A stretch of 64,000 bases of DNA, from positions 11,562 to 75,561 of the forward strand of contig JANMQO010000004.1 in assembly GCA_031370565.1 (NCBI GenBank), written 5' to 3'. Of the stretch, positions 8,062-17,647 are shown in pieces; the first letter of the stretch is position 1, and every line of letters starts with the position of its first letter. The position numbers and the translations under genes are program-made. This stretch comes from Chloroflexota bacterium. Lineage in GTDB: Bacteria > Chloroflexota > Limnocylindria > Limnocylindrales > CSP1-4. The notes below the pieces were generated by a model. It was not told the origin of the DNA. It saw only the letters and a program-made list of their open reading frames with translations, and ran no database searches.

Positions 8062-9051
8062 ATGCTGACCCAGAAGTCCTCCGAACGACCCGCTGCCGCT
8101 CCGTCCGCCGCGCCGGGTGCGACGGACCTGGACAGCCTGGTGTGCTACTTCGAAGGTGCGTTCGTGCCGATGCGCGATGCTCGCGTGAGCGTGCTGACCC
8201 ACGCCTTCCTGTACGGTACCGCGGTCTTCGAGGGGATCCGGGCGTACTGGAACGCGGATCGGGGCCAGCTCTACGCGTTGAAGGTGGGTGAACACGCTGA
8301 GCGTCTCCGGCGCAACGCCGGCATGCTCCTGATGGACCCGGTCCCGTCGGTCGACGAGTTGACTCGGCTCATCGTCGAGACGATCCAGCGCAACAAGTTC
8401 CAGCAGGATGTCTACGTCCGGCCGTCGTTCTACAAGTCATCGCGGGTGATCGGGGTGCGCCTGCATCACCTCGATCACGACTTGTACATCGTCGCCATCC
8501 CATTCGGCGACTATATCGAGACAAATGCCGGCGTGCGGATCATGTCGTCGTCGTGGCGGCGCAACGCCGATGAAGCGATTCCGGCTCGGGGCAAGATTGT
8601 GGGGGGCTATGTGAACATGGCCTTCCAGAAGTCGGAAGCGGAACTCAACGGCTTTGATGAGGCCCTGGTCATGACTGCGGATGGGCATGCCTCGGAGGGT
8701 TCCGCCGCCAACCTGTTCGTCGTCCGAGACGGGGTCCTGCTCACGCCGCCGGTCACCGATGACATCCTCGAAGGCGTCACCCGCAGCGCGATTCTCGAGA
8801 TTGCCCGCAACGAGCACATCCCGGTTGAGATTCGCTCGATCGACCGTTCCGAGTTGTACGTTGCCGACGAGATGCTGCTGTGTGGCACCGGCGTGCAGGT
8901 GTCGCCCGTGGTCGAACTCGATCACCGACCGATCGGATCGGGCCAGGTTGGAACGGTCACGCGACGCATCCAGGAGCGCTACTTTGACGCCGTTCGGGGC
9001 CGGCTGCCGGAGTATCGCCACTGGCTGACGCCGATCGACGAGGGTGGTTGA
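8062..9051 (+). CDS. ilvE: branched-chain amino acid aminotransferase (fold-type IV)
   Basis: Motifs FVPMRDARVSVLTHAFLYGTAVFEGIRAY...GKIVGGYVN...EGSAANLFVV...ILEGVTR match the family. The track ORF (7306) extends upstream only by overlapping the CaCA gene in another frame. Confidence 0.9.
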   Translation: MLTQKSSERPAAAPSAAPGATDLDSLVCYFEGAFVPMRDARVSVLTHAFLYGTAVFEGIRAYWNADRGQLYALKVGEHAERLRRNAGMLLMDPVPSVDELTRLIVETIQRNKFQQDVYVRPSFYKSSRVIGVRLHHLDHDLYIVAIPFGDYIETNAGVRIMSSSWRRNADEAIPARGKIVGGYVNMAFQKSEAELNGFDEALVMTADGHASEGSAANLFVVRDGVLLTPPVTDDILEGVTRSAILEIARNEHIPVEIRSIDRSELYVADEMLLCGTGVQVSPVVELDHRPIGSGQVGTVTRRIQERYFDAVRGRLPEYRHWLTPIDEGG

Positions 9052-10789
9052 GGGAGCGACCAGCCCGGTCCTCGACAGGGCCACGACGGCCGACTCGTCC
9101 GCCTCGCGGCCAACCGGGCCAGCCACAGATGCGGGCGACCCTGGCCGCGCCCAGTTCATGCAGCGCCTGCTCGAGATCGTGCCAGGCCTGGTCAGCTGGA
9201 CGCTCATCGTCAGTCCGGTGCTGCTCTCCTTCCGTTGGCCAGAGGTCGTGGCCTGGTTTGTCCTGACCTTCGATTTCTACTGGTTCTACAAGGCGGTCGT
9301 GCTGACGGCCAGCGTCTGCATCACGTTCGTGCGCATCCGCCGGACGACCGCTGCGGACTGGCGTACCCGGGCCTTCGCGCTGGGGGATCCGGTGGGCCGG
9401 CTGGCCGAGATCGAACGGCTGATGCCGCTGGTGCAGGCTCGGACGGCTGAGCTGGATGCGGCAGGTGAGGGCCTTGCTGCGCTCGGTGGGCGCCGTCAGT
9501 CGGGCCGGTTGGCGGACGAGCGCCGCGATCTGGCCAGGCTCCTTGCACGGCGGGACGGCGCAATCCCCGATCCGGCGAGCCTGTACCACGTGGCCCTCGT
9601 GCCGACCTACACGGAGCCGTTCGAGAAGCTGCGCGAGACGATCCGCGCCCTGGCGGAGGCCGACTACCCGCGCGAGCACTGCATGGTCGCGATCATCACC
9701 CGGGAGACAGATCTGACTGGCCGCGAGAATGTGGCCAGGTTGCGCGCCCTGTACGGCCATCGGTTCCTGCATTTCTTCCACATTCTCGACCCGTTGGAGC
9801 CGGGCATCGTGGTCGGCAAGAGTTCGGCCATGGCCTATGGCGGACGCTGGCTGTACCGCGAGCTGGTGGGGCGCGGCTTCGACCCGAAGGATGTCCTGGT
9901 CACCGACCTGGATTCCGACTACCGGATCCACCCGCAGTACTTCGGCTACCTGACCTACATGTTCCTGACTGACCCGGATCGCTACCGGCGGCTCTACCAG
10001 CCGGTCCCCATGTTCCACAACAACCTGTGGGACACGCCGCTGCCAGTCCGGCTGGTGGCGGTCGGCGCGACGCACGTCCAGATGTACCGCTCGCTCACCC
10101 CGGAGAAACTGGTCAGCTTCAGCTCGTACGCCGTCTGCCTGCGGACGGTCCATGAGGTGGACTACTGGGCGACGGACGCCATCCCGGAGGACAGTCGCTT
10201 CTACTGGAAGAGCTTCTTTCGGTATTCGGGCGAATTCCGGGCCGTCCCGCTGTTCATCCCGATCTACGGCGATGCCGTGCGTGCCCGTTCCTATCCCCGC
10301 ACACTCGTCCAGCAGTACACCCAGATCCGGCGCTGGGCCTGGGGCATCACCGACATCCCGTACTTCATCCGGAATGCGTTCGCCCACGACGAGATCCCAC
10401 GTCTCCTGCTCATCCGCCGCCTGCTCGACCTGTGGCTGGACCACATCAACTGGGCAATCGCCCCGTTCGTGCTCATCTTCGGCTCGAACGTTCCGCTCCT
10501 GCTCAACCGCCGGTTTGCCGAGACGACCCTCGGCCAGAACTTGCCGCTGTATGCCGCCTGGCTGCTGACCGGCGCGTTCTGTTGCCTGCTCGTGCTCATC
10601 CTGGTCGAGGAACGGATCGCTCCGCCGCGGCCGGCCAGCTGGGGTCCCGGCCGGCGGTTGGGGACATACCTGCAGTGGCTCGCGCTGCCCGTCGTGGGCC
10701 TGCTCTTCAGCAACCTGCCGGCGCTTGACGCCCAGACGAGGTTGATGGCCGGCCGCTACCTCGAATACCGGGTCACCGAGAAGTCATAG
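9044..10789 (+). CDS. integral-membrane processive family-2 glycosyltransferase (cellulose/chitin/hyaluronan-synthase-like)
   Basis: N- and C-terminal TM clusters flank a cytoplasmic domain. That domain carries VPTYTEP, DLDSD, PEDSRF and QIRRWAWG, the D,D,D,QxxRW signature. ATG 9158 is an alternative start. Confidence 0.75.
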   Translation: MVEGATSPVLDRATTADSSASRPTGPATDAGDPGRAQFMQRLLEIVPGLVSWTLIVSPVLLSFRWPEVVAWFVLTFDFYWFYKAVVLTASVCITFVRIRRTTAADWRTRAFALGDPVGRLAEIERLMPLVQARTAELDAAGEGLAALGGRRQSGRLADERRDLARLLARRDGAIPDPASLYHVALVPTYTEPFEKLRETIRALAEADYPREHCMVAIITRETDLTGRENVARLRALYGHRFLHFFHILDPLEPGIVVGKSSAMAYGGRWLYRELVGRGFDPKDVLVTDLDSDYRIHPQYFGYLTYMFLTDPDRYRRLYQPVPMFHNNLWDTPLPVRLVAVGATHVQMYRSLTPEKLVSFSSYAVCLRTVHEVDYWATDAIPEDSRFYWKSFFRYSGEFRAVPLFIPIYGDAVRARSYPRTLVQQYTQIRRWAWGITDIPYFIRNAFAHDEIPRLLLIRRLLDLWLDHINWAIAPFVLIFGSNVPLLLNRRFAETTLGQNLPLYAAWLLTGAFCCLLVLILVEERIAPPRPASWGPGRRLGTYLQWLALPVVGLLFSNLPALDAQTRLMAGRYLEYRVTEKS

Positions 10790-10805
10790 GCTGGCGACCC
10801 TGTGA

Positions 10806-12611
10806 TCATGGAGCAGGCGGCGGACTGAGGTTCGGCGTCTGGGTACCGGTCGTGACGATGATGTCGACCACGACCGAGGGATCCGTCACGAGCACGGCCT
10901 TGACCCCGAACACACGCTCCAGCAGGGCAACCGTGGCCGGCAGCTGGGCGGCGTGTCCGTTGTAGACGCGGATCGTGGTGGTCGCGAAGGTCCGATCCGG
11001 ACGTTGGGTCGGGGCACTGGCGGTCAGGCCGAGGTATTCGAGGTATGCCGCGATCTGGCTGGCCTGGCCAAGTTGCCCTGAACCGTTGACCACCCAGACC
11101 ACGCCGTTCTCGCCGGCCATCTGTTCACGTGCCGCCTCCAACTTGGGGTCGAGCTGGAAGGCACTCGCAACAGCCTGTCGGATGGCGCTCACATTGGGTT
11201 CGACGATGTCACCCCGGTTGTCGACCGCGTTGGCGGCGTAGCGCGGCGGGCTGAATACGTAGGAGTGGATCCGGCTCGCGTCGATCTGGCCGGACAGTCC
11301 GATGAGCTGGGGCAGCTTGCCGATTGGAATGTCCGTCTTGAACGCCTTCGAGAGGTCGGACAGGAGCGTCTGGAGGTTGGCCAGGATGGCTTGCGGATTG
11401 GCTTCCTGCCGGATCGACAGGATGACCCGCTGCTGGCGCTGCGCCCGATCGAAGTCGCTCGAGGTGTGGCGGGAGCGTGCGTAGATGAGCGCCTGAGTGC
11501 CGGTCAGGTGCTGGACGCCGGCCGGGATATAGACCCGGATCGTGCCGTGGTCGCCCGGGTAGCGATCGTCGAGGACCGGGTTCTGGACGTTGATCGTCAC
11601 CCCGCCGAGGGTATCCACGATATCCCGAAAGCCCCCGAAGTTGACTTCGACGTAGTACTGGACGTTGATCCCGTAGAGCTCGCTCAGGACCGACTTGAGG
11701 GCGTTGTAGCCGCGGGTCCGGTCGTTGCCCGGAAACGCGTCGCCGCGAAACCGGCTGTTCGTCCACAGGCTGTTGATCTTGCCCCGATAGACCGAGCCAA
11801 AGACCGACTGGGCCGGCCCCGCTGGAATGGGCACGTCGACGGTGTCGCGCGGCAGGCTGAACATGGCCACCTGGCGCGAAACCGGATCGATCGACACCAC
11901 GATGAGGGTGTCCGTGTTGAACGTGTTTTCGCTGGGACGCTGATCGGCGCCGATGAGCAGGATGTTGAGACGATCGGTGCCGTTCCAGGCGGATGCGCTG
12001 CTGGTCGGCACGAGCGACCCGATCGGGCCGGCCGGACTGGCCACGGGGACGTCGGTAGCCTGCGGCGAGGCGCCCAGCACCGGAGTCCTTGAGGCGCCGG
12101 CGCCCGGGTTGCCGGTGTCGCCGGTACAGGCCCCCTCGGCATCGAAGATGCAGCTGAGGGCGCGCTGGGCCTGCACGCCGTAGTACGCGACCACCCCGTG
12201 GCCACCCGCCAGGACGAGACAGACAGCCAGCAGGCCGGCCATCGAGATGGGCTGCAGGCGCATGCTGGGGGGCCCGAACCGGCCACCGCCCGAGATCTCG
12301 ACCGCGTTGAGATAAGCGGCCACCCGGAAGGCGTCGATCGCCGCGGCCAACCGGTAAATGAGGAGCAGCACGTTCAACACGAGCAGTAGCGGCAGGTTCG
12401 CCACGAGCAGGCCGCCGAAGATCGGCAGGCCCATGCTCAGGGCCAGTCCGGCCAGCAGCGCCCCACCCAGGATCGGCAGGGCCGCAAACCCGAGGGCTCG
12501 GTTCGAGGCACCGGCATAGGCGTGGCCGAGACCGGGAAACAGGAGGGACAGGAACGCGGCCCCAAACGCCGAGCGGTGGCGGGATCGCACTTCCTGCGGG
12601 GGCGGCGGCAT
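10806..12611 (-). CDS. LytR-CpsA-Psr (LCP) family phosphotransferase with polytopic N-terminus and LytR_C-type C-terminal domain
   Basis: The LCP core reads LNILLIGADQRP...DTLIVVSID...MFSLPRDT...GYNALKSVLSELYGINVQYYVEVNFGGFRDIVDTLGGV. I place the start at ATG 12611. The longer track ORF (to 12950) would run antisense into ileS. Confidence 0.85.
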   Translation of the reverse strand: MPPPPQEVRSRHRSAFGAAFLSLLFPGLGHAYAGASNRALGFAALPILGGALLAGLALSMGLPIFGGLLVANLPLLLVLNVLLLIYRLAAAIDAFRVAAYLNAVEISGGGRFGPPSMRLQPISMAGLLAVCLVLAGGHGVVAYYGVQAQRALSCIFDAEGACTGDTGNPGAGASRTPVLGASPQATDVPVASPAGPIGSLVPTSSASAWNGTDRLNILLIGADQRPSENTFNTDTLIVVSIDPVSRQVAMFSLPRDTVDVPIPAGPAQSVFGSVYRGKINSLWTNSRFRGDAFPGNDRTRGYNALKSVLSELYGINVQYYVEVNFGGFRDIVDTLGGVTINVQNPVLDDRYPGDHGTIRVYIPAGVQHLTGTQALIYARSRHTSSDFDRAQRQQRVILSIRQEANPQAILANLQTLLSDLSKAFKTDIPIGKLPQLIGLSGQIDASRIHSYVFSPPRYAANAVDNRGDIVEPNVSAIRQAVASAFQLDPKLEAAREQMAGENGVVWVVNGSGQLGQASQIAAYLEYLGLTASAPTQRPDRTFATTTIRVYNGHAAQLPATVALLERVFGVKAVLVTDPSVVVDIIVTTGTQTPNLSPPPAP

Positions 12612-12618
12612 CGCGGGT

Positions 12619-12624
12619 AGGATA
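12619..12624 (-). promoter_or_regulatory. -10-like TATCCT exactly 7 nt upstream of the LCP ATG (leaderless geometry)
   Basis: The minus strand reads AAG-TATCCT-ACCCGCG-ATG. There is no Shine-Dalgarno at usable spacing. Confidence 0.3.
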
Positions 12625-12711
12625 CTTGGAACCTCCGATCGGCGGGCGGGACGTGTCGGCAAACGCCGGCGCGCAGGCCTGACGCCGTCCAGCCCGCCCC
12701 GCCCCGCGCCC

Positions 12712-15700
12712 ATGCCCAGCCGAGGTCCGATGTTCCGCCCCGTCAATGCCAAGCCCGACTTTGTTGCCGAGGAGCACGTCATCCTCGCCCGCTGGGCGGA
12801 GCGCCGAACGTTCGCCCGGCTGCGTGCCCAGAACGCCGGGCGCCAACGCTGGAGCTTTCTGGATGGCCCGATCACGGCCAACAATCCGATGGGCGTCCAC
12901 CACGCCTGGGGCCGGATGTACAAGGATCTGTACCAGCGCTTCCGAGCCATGCTGGGCTATGACCAGCGCTTTCAGAACGGCTTCGACTGCCAGGGCCTTT
13001 GGGTAGAGGTCAACGTCGAGCGGGACCTGGGTTTCACCAACAAGCGCGACATCGAGGCGTTCGGCATCGCCGAGTTCGTAAGCCGCTGCAAGCAGCGTGT
13101 CCTGGCCCAGGCTGCGCGCCAGACTGAACAGTCGATTCGGCTGGGCATGTGGATGGACTGGAACGAACCGGCCGAGCTTCGTCGGCTGGGCGAGCTGCTG
13201 GCCACCGATCCGGCCGCGCCGGCCACCAGCCAGGGTCCCGATGGACCGGTCAGCGACAGCGTGGAGATGCTCATCGGGCGGCTCGGCTCGCGAGAGCTCG
13301 GCGGCAGCTACTTCACGTTCAGCAACGAGAACAACGACCTGATCTGGGGCTTCCTGGCCGAGTGTCACCGGCGGGGTTGGCTGTACAAGGGCCACGACAC
13401 GATGCCTTGGTGCGCCCGTTGCGGGACGGGCTTGAGCCAGCACGAGATGACCGAGGGCTATCGCGATCGCGAGGACCCGGGGCTGACCATTCGGCTGCCG
13501 CTGGTGGATCGCCCGGGCGAGTCACTCCTGGTCTGGACGACGACGCCGTGGACCCTGTCGTCGAACGTGGCGGCAGCGGTCGGGCCGGACATGCGCTACG
13601 TCCAGGTCCGACAGGGCGATGAGTTCCTGTGGCTGGCCAGAGGGACCTTGCGCCAGGCACTGGTGGGCCCGTTCGAGGTCGTCGACGAGCGCGCCGGCAG
13701 CGAGCTTGTCGGCTGGCACTACGAGGGCCCGTTCGATGACCTGCCTGCCGTCCAGGCGGCCTTCTCGGCCGGCACCTCGGATCAGCTGGGTACGGCCTAC
13801 CAGCACCGAGTGGTGGCCTGGGCTGAGGTCGGCGAGGACGAGGGCACGGGAATCGTCCACATCGCCCCGGGCTGCGGGGCAGAGGACTTCGTGCTGGGCA
13901 AGAGCCTGGGCCTGCCTGTCATTGCACCCCTCGATGAATCAGGTATCTACCTCGAGGGCTTCGGGTTTCTGACCGGTCGCGACGTGCGCGAAGTGACCGA
14001 GCCGATCGTCGAGCATTTGCGCGCCACCGGCCGGTTCTACCGGCTCGAGACGATCAGCCATCGCTACCCGCACTGCTGGCGTTGCGGCACGCCGCTCATC
14101 TTCCGCCTCGTCGATGAGTGGTTCATCAGCATGGGTGAGGTGTACGACCGACCGCGCGAGCAGCTCAGCCGGACGGAGATCGAGCGGAGCCTGCGCTACC
14201 AGATCATGGAGGTCGTCGACGACATCACCTGGATCCCCGCCTTCGGCTACGAGCGCGAGCTCGACTGGCTGATCAACATGCACGACTGGATGATCAGCAA
14301 GAAGCGCTACTACGGCCTGGCGCTGCCGATCTACGACTGCCAGGCGTGCGGCACGTTCGACGTCGTCGGTGGGCGCGACGAGCTGCGCGAACGGGCGATC
14401 GAGGGCTGGTCGGCCTTTGAAGGACACACCCCCCATCGGCCGTACGTCGACGCGGTCAAGATCGCCTGCCGCGGTTGCGGCGCGCCGGTCGAGCGTATCC
14501 GAGACGTCGGCAACCCGTGGCTGGACGCCGGCATCGTGCCCTTCTCGACGCTCCACTATCGCGAGGCGCCGGACTACTGGGCGGACTGGTTCCCGGCCGA
14601 CTTCATCACCGAGAGCTTTCCCGGTCAGTTCCGCAACTGGTTCTACGCCATGCTCGCCATGGGCACCGTGCTGCGCGGGCAGGCCCCGTTCAAGACGATC
14701 TTCGGCTACGCCACGCTGCTGGCCGAGGACGGTCGGCCGATGCACAAGAGTGCCGGCAACGCGATCGATTTCGACGACGCGGCGGAACGGATGGGCGTCG
14801 ACGTCATGCGCTGGATGTTCGCCAGCGCCCGACCCGACGACAACATCGAGTTCGGCTGGCACGCGGCAGATGAGGCCCGGCGCGGCCTGCTCGTGTTGTG
14901 GAACGTGTATGCCTTCTTCGTCGGCCAGGCCCGGCGGGTCGGCTGGACGCCGGGTGGCACACCGCCGCCGTCGGCCGAACGCTCGCCGCTCGATCGCTGG
15001 ATCCTGTCACGCATGGCCTACCTGGCCGGACGTGTCGAGGAGCGTCTGCGGGCCTACGACGCCGAGGCGGCTACTCGGGCGATCGACGAGGCGATCGAGG
15101 AGGTCTCCACGTGGTACCTGCGGCGATCGCGCCGGCGCTTCGCCCCGGCCACGGCCGACGCCGACCGGAACGCCGCGTTTGCCACGCTCCATGAGGTGCT
15201 CGTCGCGCTGGTCCGGATCCTCGCCCCGGTGTTGCCATTCCTGACTGAATCCATCTATGACAACCTGGTCGCCGCCCAGGACCCTGGCGCACCTGACAGC
15301 GTCCACCTGACCGCCTGGCCAGGTGCGGAGCTGGCGTCACAGCGCGATGAGCCGCTCGAGGCATCGATGGCGATCGCACGCCGGGCCGTCGATCTGGTCC
15401 GTACCCTGCGTGCCCAGACCGGTCTCCGGACGCGCCAGCCCCTCGCTCGCTTGTGGTTGGCCCTACCCGGTCGAGAGCTGGTCGAACGTGACGCGCTGCT
15501 GGCCCTCATCGCCGACGAGGTCAACGTCAAGGCGATCGAACTGATCGGCGATGAGTCGAGCCTGGTGGAGCGTCGGGTCAAGCCGCTGCTGCCCAGGATC
15601 GGACGGCGTCTCGGGGCGGCCATTCCGACGGTCATGGCGGCGGCGCGAGCCGGTGCCTTCGAGATCGCGTCGGACGGATCGGTCACGTTGGCGGGGGTGA

Positions 15701-16674
15701 CGCTGGCGGCCGACGAAGTAGAGATTCTGGCGGCACCGCGGCCAGGCACAGCAGTCGCCCACGATGACGGGCTGGTCGTCGTCATCGACACCGAGTTGAC
15801 CCCGGAGCTGCGTGCGGAAGGCGACGCTCGCGAGCTGCAGCGCGCGATTCAGGACCTGCGCCGGGAAGCGAAGCTCGAGCTGCACGACCGGATCGAGGCG
15901 TGGCTCGAGCCGCTCCCCGAAACGCTCCAGCCGCACCTCGGGATGCTGGCGGTCGACACGCTGGCCGACCGGATTGAGCCCGGCCATCCGCCGGACGGGA
16001 CGCCCAGCGTGTCCGTGCTGCTGGACGCCGGAACCGTGCTCGTCGCCGTGCGCCGCGTCGACGTGGACGGCCAGGCTGGTGACGAACAGGCGCGAGATGG
16101 CGGGGGCCCGGCCGTGGCTGACGCCCGCGAACCGAGCGCAGCACCGCTGACAGACGTCCCGCCGGCTGCCCCTGAGCCCGAGCACAGCCCAGCCCGCCGA
16201 CCGGCCTGGTCGCTCTTCCTGATCGTGGCCGCCGTGGTGCTCCTCGTTGACCAGCTGAGCAAGGCCTGGGTGGTCTCGACGGTCCGACCTGGCGGCACCT
16301 TCAGCGTGCTCGGTGATCTGGTTCGGGTGGTCTATTCGAAGAACAGCGGTGCGCTCTTCGGATTGTTCGGCAGCGTGGCGCCGGTGATGGCCCTGGTCAG
16401 CGTCGGGGTCCTCGCGCTGATCGTGTGGTACCAGGGCCACGCCGCCCGCAGCCTCGTGTTGTCGCTGGCCCTGGGCCTGCTGCTGGGCGGTGCGATCGGC
16501 AACGCGCTGGATCGAATCCGGCTTGGCTTCGTCGTCGACTGGGTGGACATGGGCGTCGGCAGCACCCGGTTCTGGACGTACAACCTGGCCGACGCGGCCG
16601 TTGACGGCGCGATCCTCCTGCTGCTCCTGGGCACCCTCCGGTCGGGCAGCAATTCGTCGGCCAGGGATGGTTGA
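12712..16674 (+). CDS. ileS: isoleucine--tRNA ligase continuing in frame into lipoprotein signal peptidase II (no intervening stop)
   Basis: 1320-aa ORF. IleS motifs include MGVHHAWG (HIGH-like), PMHKSAGN (KMSKS-like) and an editing domain. The last ~160 aa form a complete LspA. ATG 12730 is an alternative start. Confidence 0.9.
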   Translation: MPSRGPMFRPVNAKPDFVAEEHVILARWAERRTFARLRAQNAGRQRWSFLDGPITANNPMGVHHAWGRMYKDLYQRFRAMLGYDQRFQNGFDCQGLWVEVNVERDLGFTNKRDIEAFGIAEFVSRCKQRVLAQAARQTEQSIRLGMWMDWNEPAELRRLGELLATDPAAPATSQGPDGPVSDSVEMLIGRLGSRELGGSYFTFSNENNDLIWGFLAECHRRGWLYKGHDTMPWCARCGTGLSQHEMTEGYRDREDPGLTIRLPLVDRPGESLLVWTTTPWTLSSNVAAAVGPDMRYVQVRQGDEFLWLARGTLRQALVGPFEVVDERAGSELVGWHYEGPFDDLPAVQAAFSAGTSDQLGTAYQHRVVAWAEVGEDEGTGIVHIAPGCGAEDFVLGKSLGLPVIAPLDESGIYLEGFGFLTGRDVREVTEPIVEHLRATGRFYRLETISHRYPHCWRCGTPLIFRLVDEWFISMGEVYDRPREQLSRTEIERSLRYQIMEVVDDITWIPAFGYERELDWLINMHDWMISKKRYYGLALPIYDCQACGTFDVVGGRDELRERAIEGWSAFEGHTPHRPYVDAVKIACRGCGAPVERIRDVGNPWLDAGIVPFSTLHYREAPDYWADWFPADFITESFPGQFRNWFYAMLAMGTVLRGQAPFKTIFGYATLLAEDGRPMHKSAGNAIDFDDAAERMGVDVMRWMFASARPDDNIEFGWHAADEARRGLLVLWNVYAFFVGQARRVGWTPGGTPPPSAERSPLDRWILSRMAYLAGRVEERLRAYDAEAATRAIDEAIEEVSTWYLRRSRRRFAPATADADRNAAFATLHEVLVALVRILAPVLPFLTESIYDNLVAAQDPGAPDSVHLTAWPGAELASQRDEPLEASMAIARRAVDLVRTLRAQTGLRTRQPLARLWLALPGRELVERDALLALIADEVNVKAIELIGDESSLVERRVKPLLPRIGRRLGAAIPTVMAAARAGAFEIASDGSVTLAGVTLAADEVEILAAPRPGTAVAHDDGLVVVIDTELTPELRAEGDARELQRAIQDLRREAKLELHDRIEAWLEPLPETLQPHLGMLAVDTLADRIEPGHPPDGTPSVSVLLDAGTVLVAVRRVDVDGQAGDEQARDGGGPAVADAREPSAAPLTDVPPAAPEPEHSPARRPAWSLFLIVAAVVLLVDQLSKAWVVSTVRPGGTFSVLGDLVRVVYSKNSGALFGLFGSVAPVMALVSVGVLALIVWYQGHAARSLVLSLALGLLLGGAIGNALDRIRLGFVVDWVDMGVGSTRFWTYNLADAAVDGAILLLLLGTLRSGSNSSARDG
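16114..16674 (+). CDS. lspA: signal peptidase II module (either the C-terminal domain of the IleS fusion or internally initiated at GTG 16114)
   Basis: Four TM segments carry the LspA motifs KNSGALFG, IGNALDRI, VVDWVD and YNLADAAV. GTG 16114 is the only in-frame start candidate in the linker. The TM core begins at about 16195. Confidence 0.6.
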   Translation: MADAREPSAAPLTDVPPAAPEPEHSPARRPAWSLFLIVAAVVLLVDQLSKAWVVSTVRPGGTFSVLGDLVRVVYSKNSGALFGLFGSVAPVMALVSVGVLALIVWYQGHAARSLVLSLALGLLLGGAIGNALDRIRLGFVVDWVDMGVGSTRFWTYNLADAAVDGAILLLLLGTLRSGSNSSARDG

Positions 16675-17647
16675 CGAGCGGCCCGCCGACGTGCGGGTCT
16701 TCCTGGTACCAGACGATGGCGACATGCGCCGGGTGGACCGCTTCGTGGCCGACGTGTCCGGCCTGTCCCGGAGCTACGTGCAGCGGCTCATCGGGGAAGG
16801 CCGTCTCACGCTCGATGGCCAGGCGCTGCGGGCCAACGCCGCGGTCCGACCGGGTACCCGCCTGACCCTCGAGGTGCCGGCCGTGGTTGCGCTCGAGACG
16901 CTCGGTGAAGCCATTCCACTGACGATCATCTACGAGGACGCCGACCTGCTCATCATCGACAAGCCGGCCGGCCTGGTGGTCCATCCCTCGGCTGGACACG
17001 CCAGTGGCACGCTTGTCAATGCACTGCTGGGCCGCTCCGGCGGTGCGGAGTACGGGGGCATTGCGGGTGTCCAGCGGCCCGGCATCGTCCATCGCCTGGA
17101 TCGCGACACGAGTGGCCTGATCATGGTCGCCAAGCACGATGCCGCCCAGGCCAGCCTGATGGCCCAGCTCAAGGCTCGCCGAGTGGCGAAGACCTACCTT
17201 GCCCTCGTCCTGGGCAGCGTGGTCGCCAACGCCGGCCGCATCGAGGCCCCGATCGGACGTGATCCCAAGCACAGGACGCGCATGGCGGTCGTCTCTGACG
17301 GCAGGCCCTCGGTCACCGGCTATCGGGTCAAGGAACGCTTCCCCGGCTGGACGTTGCTCGAGCTGGACCTGGTCACCGGACGGACCCATCAGATCCGGGT
17401 TCACCTCAGCGCGATCGACCACCCGATCGCGGGTGATCCGGTGTACGGCACCGGTACCTCGCGGCGCGGCCCCGCTGAACTCGGCCGCCTCTTTCTGCAC
17501 GCCTGGCGACTGGAACTCAGCTCACCGGGCGATGGTCGGCTCATTCGGGCGGAGGCGGAGCTGCCGCTCGAGCTGGAGCTGGTGTTGGGCCGCTTGCGGG
17601 CTGGCGAGCGGGCTGCCCCACTGCCGCTGCACGGAGCGGGGGAGTGA
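16667..17647 (+). CDS. rluD: 23S rRNA pseudouridine synthase, RluA family (RluD-like)
   Basis: An S4 domain is followed by IIDKPAGLVVHPSAGH and GIVHRLDRDTSGLIMVAK. ATG 16667 overlaps the ileS/lspA stop by 8 nt. Confidence 0.9.
   Translation: MVDERPADVRVFLVPDDGDMRRVDRFVADVSGLSRSYVQRLIGEGRLTLDGQALRANAAVRPGTRLTLEVPAVVALETLGEAIPLTIIYEDADLLIIDKPAGLVVHPSAGHASGTLVNALLGRSGGAEYGGIAGVQRPGIVHRLDRDTSGLIMVAKHDAAQASLMAQLKARRVAKTYLALVLGSVVANAGRIEAPIGRDPKHRTRMAVVSDGRPSVTGYRVKERFPGWTLLELDLVTGRTHQIRVHLSAIDHPIAGDPVYGTGTSRRGPAELGRLFLHAWRLELSSPGDGRLIRAEAELPLELELVLGRLRAGERAAPLPLHGAGE

Noticed and set aside
12612-12711. Possible T-box or other riboswitch leader upstream of ileS
   Set aside because: Only about 100 nt are available between the divergent LCP and ileS starts. 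I could not find a T-box sequence, specifier-loop architecture or terminator there.
11209-13443. 744-aa minus-strand ORF spanning the LCP gene and the ileS 5' end
   Set aside because: It is an alternative frame of the well-supported LCP gene and antisense to ileS. The sequence is Pro/Arg/Gly-rich.
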